DNA of 39,348 nt from Candidatus Azambacteria bacterium (GTDB lineage: Bacteria > Patescibacteriota > Minisyncoccia > GWC2-36-17 > WO2-46-25), in the NCBI GenBank assembly GCA_024654415.1, contig JANLHQ010000091.1, positions 1 through 39,348 on the forward strand, read 5' to 3'. Both the position numbers and the translations under genes were made by a program. Position 1 is the stretch's first letter; the number at the start of each line of letters is the position of its first letter. The notes below the pieces were generated by a model. The model searched no databases. It saw nothing but the letters and a program-made list of their open reading frames with translations, and was not told the origin of the DNA. Shown here in pieces: positions 1-9,125 of this stretch.

Positions 1-616
1 ACTCTTTTAAAAGTGTTTCTAGGTCGGCAAATTTCGCACCGTATTCTTTTTCAAAATCAGCATTTGGCTTCGGATCATGGTATATAACCTTCATACCAAA
101 TCCCTTTACCGCGTGGTGCGCAACAAGCGAGCCAATTCGTCCAAGCCCAACAATACCAAGTGTTTTATTTGTAAGATCAGTACCCAGGAGAAGCATTGGC
201 GCCCAACCCGTATATTTCCCTGCCTTGGTGAAAGAATCACTCTCAGGAATACGGTGCGCAAGTGCCAGCATAAGTGCAAAAGCATGCTCTGCAACGGTCT
301 CTGTAAGTACTCCTGGGGTATTTGTGACGATCATCGCGTGGCGCTTTGCCGCCTCAAGATCGATATTATCAAAACCGACCGCATAATTAGCAAAAATCTT
401 GCACTGCGAGCCAGCTGATGCAAGTACATCTTCATCGATTTTATCGGTAAGCAAACACAGCACGGCATCGTACGTTCCTTGAGTAAGGCGCGCTACAAGC
501 TCGTCCTTTGTGAGGACGCCATCTTTTTCGCTTACTTCGACCGTATATCCTTTGCCTTTTAACAATTCAATCCCTCGTTCAGGGATTCTCCTCGTGACAA
601 AAATTTTATGTTCCAT
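1..616 (-). CDS. D-glycerate dehydrogenase / glyoxylate reductase (D-2-hydroxyacid dehydrogenase family); 3' end runs off the window
   Basis: Not in the ORF track; manual translation from ATG 616: MEHKIFVTRRIPERGIELL...DAVLCLLTDKID...FANYAVGFDNID...VTNTPGVLTETVAEHAFALMLALAHRI...KTLGIVGLGRIG (Rossmann GxGxIG). Confidence 0.92.
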   Translation of the reverse strand, partial: MEHKIFVTRRIPERGIELLKGKGYTVEVSEKDGVLTKDELVARLTQGTYDAVLCLLTDKIDEDVLASAGSQCKIFANYAVGFDNIDLEAAKRHAMIVTNTPGVLTETVAEHAFALMLALAHRIPESDSFTKAGKYTGWAPMLLLGTDLTNKTLGIVGLGRIGSLVAHHAVKGFGMKVIYHDPKPNADFEKEYGAKFADLETLLKE

Positions 617-698
617 GGTCTTGAGTATAGCATGCTCGCCAGGCAGATACAATATTTTATGCTCTTTCGATTCCCCCACTGTATGGTATGATTATACT

Positions 699-2075
699 AT
701 GACATCGTCACATAGGAAGTTTTATTTTTATTTTTTGGTCGCTATTTTCCTTATCGCGTCGCCCGCAGTAATCATATACTCGCAAGGATATTCACTCGAT
801 CTCAAGACATTTTCCCTAGTAAAAACGGGCGGAATCTTTGTTGCGACAACGCCAAAGGGGGTGCTGGTATATATAAATGGAAAACTTACCACCACAACTA
901 GTGCGCTCCCCTTAACACAGGGAAAGCTTATCTCCCGACTGCTTCCCGATGATTACGCTGTAAAAATTGAAAAAGGTGCCTATCTTGGATGGGATAAGAA
1001 GTTGAAAGTGGAGCCACAACTCGTCACCGAGGTGCGCAATGTTTTTCTTATCCCCACAGAACGAACCGTGGAAACCATCGAGACAGGGGTAAGCGATGTA
1101 ATTGTGTCAGATTCGAACGCATCAATCGCATATATTAAAGAAAATGGGATAGCGGTCCTCGATGTTGCGTCACCCAAGATTATTCCCCTTGCAGCTCAGG
1201 AGGATGAGCGAATTGGAAAAGTACGGTTTGGCGCTGATGAAGGGTATCTCGTGGTTGAAAGCCTTCAAAAGAATCAAAGTAGGAAATATCTCTTCCGTAT
1301 AGGATCACAGGAGCGAATGGAGATTATGGAGGATGATATTGAGCGCTACGTTAAAATACGCCAATACAGCAAGGGAGAACCTAGAATAATCGCGCTATCT
1401 ACCACAAATACACTCTACACAGTTGATCTTCGTGTGCCCCACGAAAAGGTTGTCGTTGCAACCAATATCGTAAATTTTGAGATGTTTGGAAATAAGGCGG
1501 TATATGCAACCACCGCTCCCACGATCCTGTACGAAAAGGATCTTATTTCTGGTAAAACTAACCAAATAATCGAAACCCCGCTCGAGTACTTTGATGCGAA
1601 CTCACGGATTATTCGCTCTACCGCAGGGCATATCGCGATCATCGGCTCCGACAACACGCTCTATTTATATGATGGCGATCAACTTGAGTTTAAGCGCATT
1701 GCAGACAACGTTATTGGCGCTGTATTCTCAGACGATAATAAAAAGCTTGCCTGGCACAATAAAAACGAGCTGTATGTCTATTATTTAAAAGATGTACTTA
1801 TTCAGCCAAAAAAGAAAGTCGGCGATATTGAGCTTATTACGCGACTTTCACGCCCCATTACCGGTATCACATGGTTTTCATATGACAACGAACACATATT
1901 TTTCATCGCGGAAAAAAAGATACGGTTTATCGAGCTTGATGGGCGCGATCATCGCAATGTCTATGACATAGCCGAGGCCGCGCAAGCACTTAAAATATCA
2001 TACAATGGGTATGATGATTATCTTTATTTCCTCGACGGGACACTTCTTAAGAAAATATCTTTATTTAAGTTATAG
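699..2075 (+). CDS. Membrane-anchored PEGA-domain protein with C-terminal TolB/WD40-like beta-propeller
   Basis: Start moved from 510 to ATG 699 (510 overlaps the divergent dehydrogenase; TGGTATGAT lies 6 nt before 699). N-terminal TM helix, YSQGY..KTGGIFVATTPKGVLVYING...LLPDDYAVKIEKGAYLGWDK (PEGA-like), then propeller-type repeats (FSDDNKKLAW, WFSYDNEHIFF, ELDGRD). Confidence 0.75.
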   Translation: MTSSHRKFYFYFLVAIFLIASPAVIIYSQGYSLDLKTFSLVKTGGIFVATTPKGVLVYINGKLTTTTSALPLTQGKLISRLLPDDYAVKIEKGAYLGWDKKLKVEPQLVTEVRNVFLIPTERTVETIETGVSDVIVSDSNASIAYIKENGIAVLDVASPKIIPLAAQEDERIGKVRFGADEGYLVVESLQKNQSRKYLFRIGSQERMEIMEDDIERYVKIRQYSKGEPRIIALSTTNTLYTVDLRVPHEKVVVATNIVNFEMFGNKAVYATTAPTILYEKDLISGKTNQIIETPLEYFDANSRIIRSTAGHIAIIGSDNTLYLYDGDQLEFKRIADNVIGAVFSDDNKKLAWHNKNELYVYYLKDVLIQPKKKVGDIELITRLSRPITGITWFSYDNEHIFFIAEKKIRFIELDGRDHRNVYDIAEAAQALKISYNGYDDYLYFLDGTLLKKISLFKL

Positions 2076-2100
2076 GACCGCGACGAGCGATATACCTGGA

Positions 2101-2137
2101 TTTAAAAAACACCGCGTATAAAGCGGTGTTTTTTAAA
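2101..2137. terminator. Bidirectional intrinsic terminator between the convergent PEGA gene and rpsI
   Basis: AAAAAACACCGC-gtataaa-GCGGTGTTTTTT inverted repeat with a T-tract on each strand. Confidence 0.85.
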
Positions 2138-2153
2138 AAATATAGTAGTAAGA

Positions 2154-2702
2154 CTATCGCTTTGACCATCGTGGCCCCTTGCGCGCCTTTTTGAGTCCAA
2201 ACTTCTTTCGTTCCTTTTGACGTGGGTCTCGTTTAAGATATCCTGATCGTTTTAATCGTTTCTGAAAATCAGCATTGAATGCCACAAGTGCACGAGCAAT
2301 ACCATGGCGCACTGCCTCCGCCTGCGCATGGATGCCGCCTCCCTTTGTTATTGCAGTCACCATAAATCGCTCTGTGATCTTCATTTTGCGCATTGGACCA
2401 TCAACGATTCTCTGTAGATCATCCTGTGGAAAATAGAGCTTATAATCTTTTGTATTTACAAACACACTACCTCCTTTTGTGAATAAGCGTACGCGCGCAG
2501 TTGCAGTCTTCCGACGCCCTACAGCCTCATAGTATCTCCCTGGCTTTGCGTCTTTCTCTTCGATCATTTTTTCAATATCGATGTCCACACCACCTTCCTC
2601 TTCTGATTTCACTGGTACTGGTGTAATTTCAACTTCCTCCTCCTTTTTTTCTTTAGGAGTTCGTTTCACGGCTATTTTTGTTGCGGTTTTGGTTGCGCTC
2701 AT
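2154..2702 (-). CDS. rpsI: 30S ribosomal protein S9 with ~50-aa Lys/Glu-rich N-terminal extension
   Basis: GRRKTATARVRL, GGGIHAQAEAVRHGIARAL, RDPRQKERKKFGLKKARKGPRWSKR. Confidence 0.98.
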   Translation of the reverse strand: MSATKTATKIAVKRTPKEKKEEEVEITPVPVKSEEEGGVDIDIEKMIEEKDAKPGRYYEAVGRRKTATARVRLFTKGGSVFVNTKDYKLYFPQDDLQRIVDGPMRKMKITERFMVTAITKGGGIHAQAEAVRHGIARALVAFNADFQKRLKRSGYLKRDPRQKERKKFGLKKARKGPRWSKR

Positions 2703-2708
2703 ATTCGT

Positions 2709-3071
2709 TTATTTAATTTGTCCGCGATGCATAATAAGCCTCTTTATCATGGGAGCTCGTAGTTTATTTTTTGGAAGCATACCATATACCGCGAGTCGAA
2801 ATACTGATCCGGGATTCTTTTCCATCATATTTCCAAGCACCGAAGTTTTGAATCCACCCGGATGGCCGGTATGATAATAATACTCTTTATTTTCTCTCTT
2901 TGTCCCTGTGATCTTTAGCGCATCGAGGTTACATACTACCACGATATCGCCCGCATCGATATGTCGCTCAAATGTCGCCTTATGCTTACCGCGCAACAAT
3001 ACCGCAACCGCAGATGCGAGTCTGCCGAGCGATTTTCCTGATGCATCAATTGTGTGCGTTTTTCTTTCCAT
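2709..3071 (-). CDS. rplM: 50S ribosomal protein L13 (short 120-aa form)
   Basis: IDASGKSLGRLAS, LRGKHK, GDIVVV, YYYHTGHPGG, VYGMLPKNKLR. Confidence 0.97.
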   Translation of the reverse strand: MERKTHTIDASGKSLGRLASAVAVLLRGKHKATFERHIDAGDIVVVCNLDALKITGTKRENKEYYYHTGHPGGFKTSVLGNMMEKNPGSVFRLAVYGMLPKNKLRAPMIKRLIMHRGQIK

Positions 3072-3080
3072 ATACGTATA

Positions 3081-3428
3081 TTATACAAATTCAATCTGCG
3101 CCATTTTTGAACCATCTGATCTTCGTTGCCCAAGCTTTATCACGCGCGTATATCCTCCATCTCGCTCCGCGTACTTCACCGCAACCTCATCAAACAATTT
3201 CTTTGTCACGCTCTCTGCAAGTGTTCTCCGAATGAGACGTATCGCATTAATATCTTTCACCTTTGCTTTTGTAACCATCTTTTCAATACGTGGGCGCAAT
3301 TCCTTAGCCTTCGCCTCGGTTGTTTTGATCTTTCCATTTATAATAAGCGCGGTAATCAACGCCTTGAGTAATGCCTTGCGTTGTCCTGCTTCCCTATGAA
3401 ATTTTCTGGTTTTTTTTAAATGTTTCAT
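3081..3428 (-). CDS. rplQ: 50S ribosomal protein L17
   Basis: KIKTTEAKAKELR, RDGGYTRVIKLGQRRSDGSKMAQIE. Confidence 0.98.
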   Translation of the reverse strand: MKHLKKTRKFHREAGQRKALLKALITALIINGKIKTTEAKAKELRPRIEKMVTKAKVKDINAIRLIRRTLAESVTKKLFDEVAVKYAERDGGYTRVIKLGQRRSDGSKMAQIEFV

Positions 3429-3431
3429 ATC

Positions 3432-4367
3432 CTACTCCTCTTTCAAATCCATATTGGACTTCTTAAGTGCTTTTTTAATATCAGTGATCATCTTCGCACC
3501 CATCCCTTCAAGCTCTAGAAGCTCTGCCTCTGTCTTTTGGGTAAGATCATCGATGGAAGTGATGCCCGCCGCTTCAAGCGCGTGCGTAGTGCGTGCAGGA
3601 AGGCCCAACTCGGCAATACCACCCGCAACCGGGACATCCTCTGCCACATGCTCTTTTACTTCTTCCTCGTCTTGCGCCGCCGTTTCATCAAATGATATAA
3701 GCTTCGCAAATTGATCAACTAAAATCCGCGCACCCTTCATGAATGCCTCCTCAGGATCAATAGTGCCATCGGTCTCAATAATAAAACGCAAACGATCATA
3801 GTCCGTGCGCTCACCAACACGCATATTCTCCACCTCATAATTGATCTTTCTGATTGGTGTAAAAATCGCATCAAGCGCCGCAGCACCAATCTCTGTTTTT
3901 TCACGCTTCTTTTCTTCAACAGGCACGTATCCAAATCCTTTTTCAATCGTTAATTCAACTTCAAACTCTGATTTCTTATCGGTGAGTGTCGCAATGTGCG
4001 CGGTAGGATCAACAACTTGGATCTGACTTGATCCTTTAATATCTGCCGCAGTAACCTCACGCTCTCCATGCACGCTTATGGTAACCACCTCTGGCTCGTT
4101 GGTGTGTTTGATGAATCGCAAGCGCTTAATGTTCAGCAATATCTGCACCACATCTTCCATTACACCTGAGATCGTTGAAAATTCATGCGATACCCCTTTA
4201 ATCTTCACCATTGTTGTTGCCGCTCCTTCAAGAGAAGAAAGGAGTACTCGTCGCAACGCGTTACCGAGCGTCATGCCATATCCGGGATAAAGCCCTTCGA
4301 TCTCGATAACAGCTCGAAAGCCATCTTTCGTCACTACATGAGGTTTTTCTGGCAATGTAATTGGCAT
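3432..4367 (-). CDS. rpoA: DNA-directed RNA polymerase subunit alpha
   Basis: LYPGYGMTLGNALRRVLLSSLEG, HEFSTISGVMED, DAIFTPIRKINYEVENMRVG, alpha-CTD (ELGLPARTTHALEAAGI). Confidence 0.99.
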   Translation of the reverse strand: MPITLPEKPHVVTKDGFRAVIEIEGLYPGYGMTLGNALRRVLLSSLEGAATTMVKIKGVSHEFSTISGVMEDVVQILLNIKRLRFIKHTNEPEVVTISVHGEREVTAADIKGSSQIQVVDPTAHIATLTDKKSEFEVELTIEKGFGYVPVEEKKREKTEIGAAALDAIFTPIRKINYEVENMRVGERTDYDRLRFIIETDGTIDPEEAFMKGARILVDQFAKLISFDETAAQDEEEVKEHVAEDVPVAGGIAELGLPARTTHALEAAGITSIDDLTQKTEAELLELEGMGAKMITDIKKALKKSNMDLKEE

Positions 4368-4421
4368 GTTTTCAAAAAATCAGCTCAGAGTCACACCTCC
4401 TCACCGAAGTTATTAATAGTA

Positions 4422-5042
4422 TTATCGTGAATAAAGCTCCGTAATTAATTGCAAATTGAACGGCACATCAAGCTCGTCCATTGCTGGTACATGCGCCATC
4501 TCTCCCTTCAGGCTTTCCGCATCCATCGCGAGCCATTTTGGCGGCTCATATTTCTTCAGCACCGTCTTAATATCCAAAAAGATTTTTTTTGAAACTGATC
4601 CCGGGCGAATCGTAATAACATCTCCCTTTGTAATCTGATATGAAGGAATATCAACTCTTCGTCCGTTCACCATGAGATGCCCATGACCAACCATTTGCCG
4701 CGCCTGGCTTCGCGATGCGGCAAACCCAAGTCGAAAAGCAATATTATCGAGACGAGTTTCCAGGAGTATTGCAAGCATGTTCAGTGTGTTCCCTGTCTTT
4801 TTTGATGACGCTTCATAGTACTTCCTAAACTGGCGCTCTTGAATGCCATAGCTTCGCTTTACTTTCTGCTTTTCTGCAAGCTGAGTTCCATATTCAGAGC
4901 CTCCCCTCTTTTTTCGCTTTGCACCATGAATTCCAGGAGGACCCGGACGCCGAGTAACCGCGCATTTTGCCGTAGCGCAACGCTCACCTTTTAGAAAAAG
5001 CTTTTCTCCCGCACGTCTACATTTTCTGCATTTTGGTTCCAT
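4422..5042 (-). CDS. rpsD: 30S ribosomal protein S4 (Cys-containing N-terminus)
   Basis: CRKCRRAGEKLFLKGERC, SEYGTQLAEKQK, LETRLDN, ARQMVGHGH, LITELYSR. Confidence 0.99.
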   Translation of the reverse strand: MEPKCRKCRRAGEKLFLKGERCATAKCAVTRRPGPPGIHGAKRKKRGGSEYGTQLAEKQKVKRSYGIQERQFRKYYEASSKKTGNTLNMLAILLETRLDNIAFRLGFAASRSQARQMVGHGHLMVNGRRVDIPSYQITKGDVITIRPGSVSKKIFLDIKTVLKKYEPPKWLAMDAESLKGEMAHVPAMDELDVPFNLQLITELYSR

Positions 5043-5057
5043 AAATATATCGATGTG

Positions 5058-5510
5058 TTAGACGCGTCTAACTTTTGGCGGCCTACACCCATTGTGAGGA
5101 ATCGGCGTCACATCAGTAATAGAAATAACATTAAAATTCCCCGCGAGCGCACGAACTGCTGATTCTCGTCCTGATCCGATTCCTTTCACGAAGATTGCAA
5201 TATCCTGAAGTCCTGTTTTTTTGATTTTTTCCACAAGTGTTGAAACTATTTGTGTTGCCGCATACGGCGTTGCCTTCTTTGCACCCTTAAAACCTAACGA
5301 GCCCGCTGTTGACCATGCGAGCACATTACCAAAATCATCTGCGATGGTAATGATTGTATTATTATATGTCGCCTGAATATGTGCTTGCCCCGCCTTTATA
5401 ATTCTTTTTGCGGCTGCAACAGTCGGCGCCTTTTTTGCCGAGGATTCTTGTTCCTCGGTCTCTTTCATCAATTGCTCTTCATTTTGTTTTAATACTTTCT
5501 TCTTTCCCAT
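5058..5510 (-). CDS. rpsK: 30S ribosomal protein S11
   Basis: HIQATYNNTIIT, GFKGAKKATPYAA, GIGSGRESA, DVTPIPHNGCRPPKVRRV. Confidence 0.99.
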   Translation of the reverse strand: MGKKKVLKQNEEQLMKETEEQESSAKKAPTVAAAKRIIKAGQAHIQATYNNTIITIADDFGNVLAWSTAGSLGFKGAKKATPYAATQIVSTLVEKIKKTGLQDIAIFVKGIGSGRESAVRALAGNFNVISITDVTPIPHNGCRPPKVRRV

Positions 5511-5530
5511 GATAGTAAATACGTTTTCTA

Positions 5531-5917
5531 TTATTTCTTCTCAACTGCTCGTCGTCCCGAACCAGCGGTCTTCCTTACATTGCCACGGCGCGTTCGTGAA
5601 TTTGTCTTTGTACGCTGTCCATGTACTGGAAGTCCCTTTATATGACGGATCCCACGATAACTCTTAATATCCTTCAATCGTTTGATGTGTAACATGATCT
5701 CTCGCTTCAGATCTCCTTCGGTTTTGTAGTTTTTTTCGATCGCATCCTTTAATCGGTTCGTTTCATCAGCGGTAAGCTCGTGGGCGCGCTTTTCTGGATC
5801 GATCTTGGTTTCCGTAAGCATGCGACGTGCCCGCGTAGGGCCGATACCGTAGATGTATGTAAGAGCTACCTCCATCCGTTTTTTATCAGGAATATTGACA
5901 CCGACGATTCTTGGCAT
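5531..5917 (-). CDS. rpsM: 30S ribosomal protein S13
   Basis: Start corrected to MPRIVGVNIP at 5917; LTYIYGIG, EGDLKRE, YRGIRH, GQRTKTNSRTR. Confidence 0.98.
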   Translation of the reverse strand: MPRIVGVNIPDKKRMEVALTYIYGIGPTRARRMLTETKIDPEKRAHELTADETNRLKDAIEKNYKTEGDLKREIMLHIKRLKDIKSYRGIRHIKGLPVHGQRTKTNSRTRRGNVRKTAGSGRRAVEKK

Positions 5918-5918
5918 A

Positions 5919-6032
5919 TTATTTTTGACGTTGTTTATGCTTCGGATTAGCGCAAATGACATGCACCCGTCCGTTTCTTCGAACTGACTTACATTTTGCG
6001 CAAATTTTCTTTACCGATGCTCTTACTTTCAT
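5919..6032 (-). CDS. rpmJ: 50S ribosomal protein L36 (zinc-ribbon form, 37 aa)
   Basis: Below ORF-track cutoff; manual translation [37 protein letters not shown], between infA and rpsM. Confidence 0.97.
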   Translation of the reverse strand: MKVRASVKKICAKCKSVRRNGRVHVICANPKHKQRQK

Positions 6033-6037
6033 AAATA

Positions 6038-6253
6038 TTATTTTGTCCGTAATACTATCCGCCCCTTTGTCTGATCGTATGGGCTTAATTCAACCGTCAC
6101 CCTATCCCCTGGAACAACCTTAATATGGTGAAGCCGCATTTTACCAGATAAATGAGCAAGCACAAGAGCTTCGTCTTGAAGCTCTACCCGAAACAATCCG
6201 TTGGATAAATTCTCTTGGACTATTCCGTCTCGGCGAATTCTCTCTTGTGGCAT
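6038..6253 (-). CDS. infA: Translation initiation factor IF-1
   Basis: [45 protein letters not shown]. Confidence 0.98.
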   Translation of the reverse strand: MPQERIRRDGIVQENLSNGLFRVELQDEALVLAHLSGKMRLHHIKVVPGDRVTVELSPYDQTKGRIVLRTK

Positions 6254-6265
6254 AAATATTAGTTA

Positions 6266-6294
6266 TTTCTAACAAATCGGCGAACATTAGTCAA
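6266..6294 (-). promoter_or_regulatory. Putative sigma70 promoter for the infA-rpsI run
   Basis: Minus strand TTGACT-17 nt-TAGAAA with TG two bases before the -10 hexamer; the -10 is imperfect. Confidence 0.4.
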
Positions 6295-6341
6295 CCCCCC
6301 ACGCTTTTACGCGTAGGAATAGCTATTAAAATCCTCGCTCT

Positions 6342-8012
6342 CTACGACCCCACAACGGTAATTGTAATGCGTTTTGGGTTGCTCGGGGCAAGTGATATCC
6401 AAAATGGCCAAAACGTCGCCTCAGCGCTTTCTATCGCATCATTCGCGCTTAATATCTTCTGGATATCAACCTCTCCTTTTCCAGCAAGCATCTCCTTTAT
6501 TTGTTGTCCATCAATTGCTCCCTCTACCAACTCACTTGCTTTCACGGTAAAGCTCAATGTTTCCCGATTAGGACCAAACGCCTCCCGCTCATAGGTAATA
6601 ACACGCGTCCCCGGTAATGCCTTTCGCGCATCCAATAATTTCTTCGAAAGATGATATTCAGCAAGTGCCGCGATATCATTCTCAGAGAATGCAAACACAT
6701 CATACGTAACCTTTATGTGAGCGATAAATTTCCCATCTGCATCAGGTTGGTTTGCGGAAAACTCCGGCGTCCTTTGTGTGGCTGACCCTTCAAGCACAAC
6801 AAACCCTTTTGGTATATTTGCCTCAACATATCCTTTTGTTTCTTCTGTGAGTTTACTCTGAAGCGCCGTTTTTGCCCGCGCGATATCATCCGCCGTCGCG
6901 ACATATCCCTCCCCAGAACCACCGCCCGTCATTGCCGATGATGACTTCGCTGAAAATGAAGCAAACTTTGATGACCCTTCAAACCCAGGGATTACAAACG
7001 AAGAGGAACCAATATTATATGCCGCACCTGCTTCATCTGCGATTACCGTAGTTTCCACAGTTCCTGCGGCGGTTACTGTTCCTCCCTGCACCGTCGCCCC
7101 TGGAACAGTGACCGCACCTTTTAATCGGAATATTTTCCCATCTGGTGATCGAAGTCGCGTATTCTTTACCAGTGGCTGAGCACTTGAACTAAATTCATTA
7201 TACAGCGTCACCATTCCTTCTGCCTTCGTCGCTGTGTCCTGCTTTGCTGATGCAATATACTCCCCATTTACTTCTTTTTCGATTGTGATGATCTGTCCTG
7301 GTACCTTTGACTTATCCACATCGAGCACTGATGTTTTACTGTCTGCTATCGCCTGGAAATCAAACCGTAAAGATTCCTTCATTGGAATAACCGTCACTGA
7401 CAATCGAGGAGACAGTATAAAGAACGCGGCGCCTGCAAGTATCGCTGCAGTCGTAAACGATATGATTACAAATTTTGTGGTGAGCAGTGACTTTCCACGC
7501 ATCACGCGCTCCGGAGAAGAAGGAGTGGTATTATAGGTGACATCCGCACTCCGTTCTTTTTCGGGGTGATTATACCGCACCTCTTCATCATGGTCGCGCG
7601 GTGGACTCATAAGCACCTCGTCGTATGAGGAAGGAATGCGAATATTCTCGTCACGTATGACGCGTACCGGTATTGATTCCTCCTGCTCTTGCTCGCTGTG
7701 CTGCTCGGTCGGCGCAACAATGGGGTTTGAGCTCACCTCATCTTGTCGCTCTAGCTCCGTAGCATTTTCTGCGATGATATCAAATGAAACATTACGTGCC
7801 ATCTCAAGAACTGTAGGGTTCTGAGAAATAATCACAATGCGCTTCTCAAGCACAGTCGCCTCCCTCGCAAGAAGCTTCATGTTTACCGCATCCATAAAAA
7901 GCTCAGGATATTCATCGGCGGCAAGATACAGCGTATCGCCTTCCGTATTCTCAAGTCGGTCAATAAGATACGCGATGTTTTCCTCCGGATGAATATAGAG
8001 TATTTTTTTCAT
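6342..8012 (-). CDS. Single-pass membrane protein with baseplate J/gp47-like extracytoplasmic domain
   Basis: N-terminal alpha/beta domain (LYIHPEENIAYLIDRL...MKLLAREATVLEKRIVII), acidic linker, TM helix (FVIISFTTAAILAGAAFFIL), then KAEGMVTLYN...LVKNTRL...VTVPGA...VIADEAGAAYNIG...MTGG, the pattern I recall for baseplate-J-like annotations in CPR. Confidence 0.7.
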   Translation of the reverse strand: MKKILYIHPEENIAYLIDRLENTEGDTLYLAADEYPELFMDAVNMKLLAREATVLEKRIVIISQNPTVLEMARNVSFDIIAENATELERQDEVSSNPIVAPTEQHSEQEQEESIPVRVIRDENIRIPSSYDEVLMSPPRDHDEEVRYNHPEKERSADVTYNTTPSSPERVMRGKSLLTTKFVIISFTTAAILAGAAFFILSPRLSVTVIPMKESLRFDFQAIADSKTSVLDVDKSKVPGQIITIEKEVNGEYIASAKQDTATKAEGMVTLYNEFSSSAQPLVKNTRLRSPDGKIFRLKGAVTVPGATVQGGTVTAAGTVETTVIADEAGAAYNIGSSSFVIPGFEGSSKFASFSAKSSSAMTGGGSGEGYVATADDIARAKTALQSKLTEETKGYVEANIPKGFVVLEGSATQRTPEFSANQPDADGKFIAHIKVTYDVFAFSENDIAALAEYHLSKKLLDARKALPGTRVITYEREAFGPNRETLSFTVKASELVEGAIDGQQIKEMLAGKGEVDIQKILSANDAIESAEATFWPFWISLAPSNPKRITITVVGS

Positions 8013-8023
8013 GGGTATAACTA

Positions 8024-9121
8024 TTATAACGTCTCTGCAATTATTAAATCGAATGCGCTCTTAAAAATATCATGTTCGGGTGCGTGCCATACATGTATCG
8101 TGGCATTGCGCTCTATGGGGAGTGGTGTAAGCCACTCTGTAGCGCGAAACGCCTCATCTACTTGTGGCAAATCCTCTGACGAAACCACCCAAATATTCCC
8201 TGGCAATAAACTCGTACGGTCAAGCATAGGAACGACTGCTGAGACCTCTGTAATTAATGCTTTTCCCGCTGTGCTACAAACATCCTCTACCTGCTTGTTC
8301 ACATGTGCCTCAAGCGTCTTATTTGCGAATGCGCGCATGATCTCTTTTGCCTCTTCGTGTCCGACAGAAAAAGTTTTTTTGATTGCTTCGACTATTGTAC
8401 CATATCCACTACTCGTGACACCACTACCCACTACCGCACCATTCCTCACCAGTACTATGCTTATCTCACACTCAAACACACATACCACTATTGCGTTCTT
8501 GTCTGTATTTCCTAAAAATTTCACATACTTTGCCGCCGCATAGCGCATATCAAAAAACCCGCTCACTGATAATCCAGCTTCTGCGGCAACGTGAGATAGG
8601 CTCTGCGCAAGCGTATCGGCACATGCGACGCGCACGACATCTATAAGAACCTCTTCTCCATTTAGCCCCACTGGATCAGTAACGGCAAATCCGTCAATAT
8701 GAAACCGCTCTGCAATCCTTCGGGATGTCTCCCCTTCTTTCTCTTTTGCATGAATGCCAATAAGGGTGGCGAGCTCTTCTGTGGATATCTTTTTTTCCTT
8801 TGTCGCGCGGATCTCCTTCCCATGAAAAGATGAAAACAGCCCCACCCCTCCGCCGAGTGCAAATACCACATTGCGCGCCGCGCCCCCTTCCACAGTGGGT
8901 AAAGCCACGAGTGCCTTTCTACAACTAAGCGCTATCCGCTCTACATCAAGTATGCCCCCTGAAATTGCCTCCCCTTCCTGTGGTTCTGTCGCGGTTGCAG
9001 TAACAACTACATTTCCTTTTTCACGCCTTACAGAGGAAACAGTAATTTTATCGGTATACACACCAACAATAATTACAGCTGAACCTTCCTTTAAAACGGA
9101 TCCGGGTGACAAGAATTCCAT
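8024..9121 (-). CDS. FtsA/PilM-like actin-fold protein with degenerate nucleotide-binding motifs
   Basis: Start corrected to ATG 9121 (just after the alaS stop). AISGGILDVERI, VVFALGG, FHIDGFAVTDPVGLNGEEV, IKKTFSVGHEEAKEI are FtsA-like segments. Confidence 0.65.
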   Translation of the reverse strand: MEFLSPGSVLKEGSAVIIVGVYTDKITVSSVRREKGNVVVTATATEPQEGEAISGGILDVERIALSCRKALVALPTVEGGAARNVVFALGGGVGLFSSFHGKEIRATKEKKISTEELATLIGIHAKEKEGETSRRIAERFHIDGFAVTDPVGLNGEEVLIDVVRVACADTLAQSLSHVAAEAGLSVSGFFDMRYAAAKYVKFLGNTDKNAIVVCVFECEISIVLVRNGAVVGSGVTSSGYGTIVEAIKKTFSVGHEEAKEIMRAFANKTLEAHVNKQVEDVCSTAGKALITEVSAVVPMLDRTSLLPGNIWVVSSEDLPQVDEAFRATEWLTPLPIERNATIHVWHAPEHDIFKSAFDLIIAETL

Positions 9122-9125
9122 ATAG

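Noticed and set aside
77..418. 113-aa plus-strand ORF and 106-294 minus-strand ORF
   Set aside because: Shadows of the dehydrogenase gene on the minus strand (1-616).
510..698. N-terminal extension of the PEGA ORF
   Set aside because: Overlaps the divergent dehydrogenase and its promoter; ATG 699 fits better.
6342..8012. Prophage or contractile injection system suggested by the baseplate-J-like gene
   Set aside because: No sheath, tube, spike, terminase, capsid or integrase genes nearby; the protein has a TM helix and sits among housekeeping genes.
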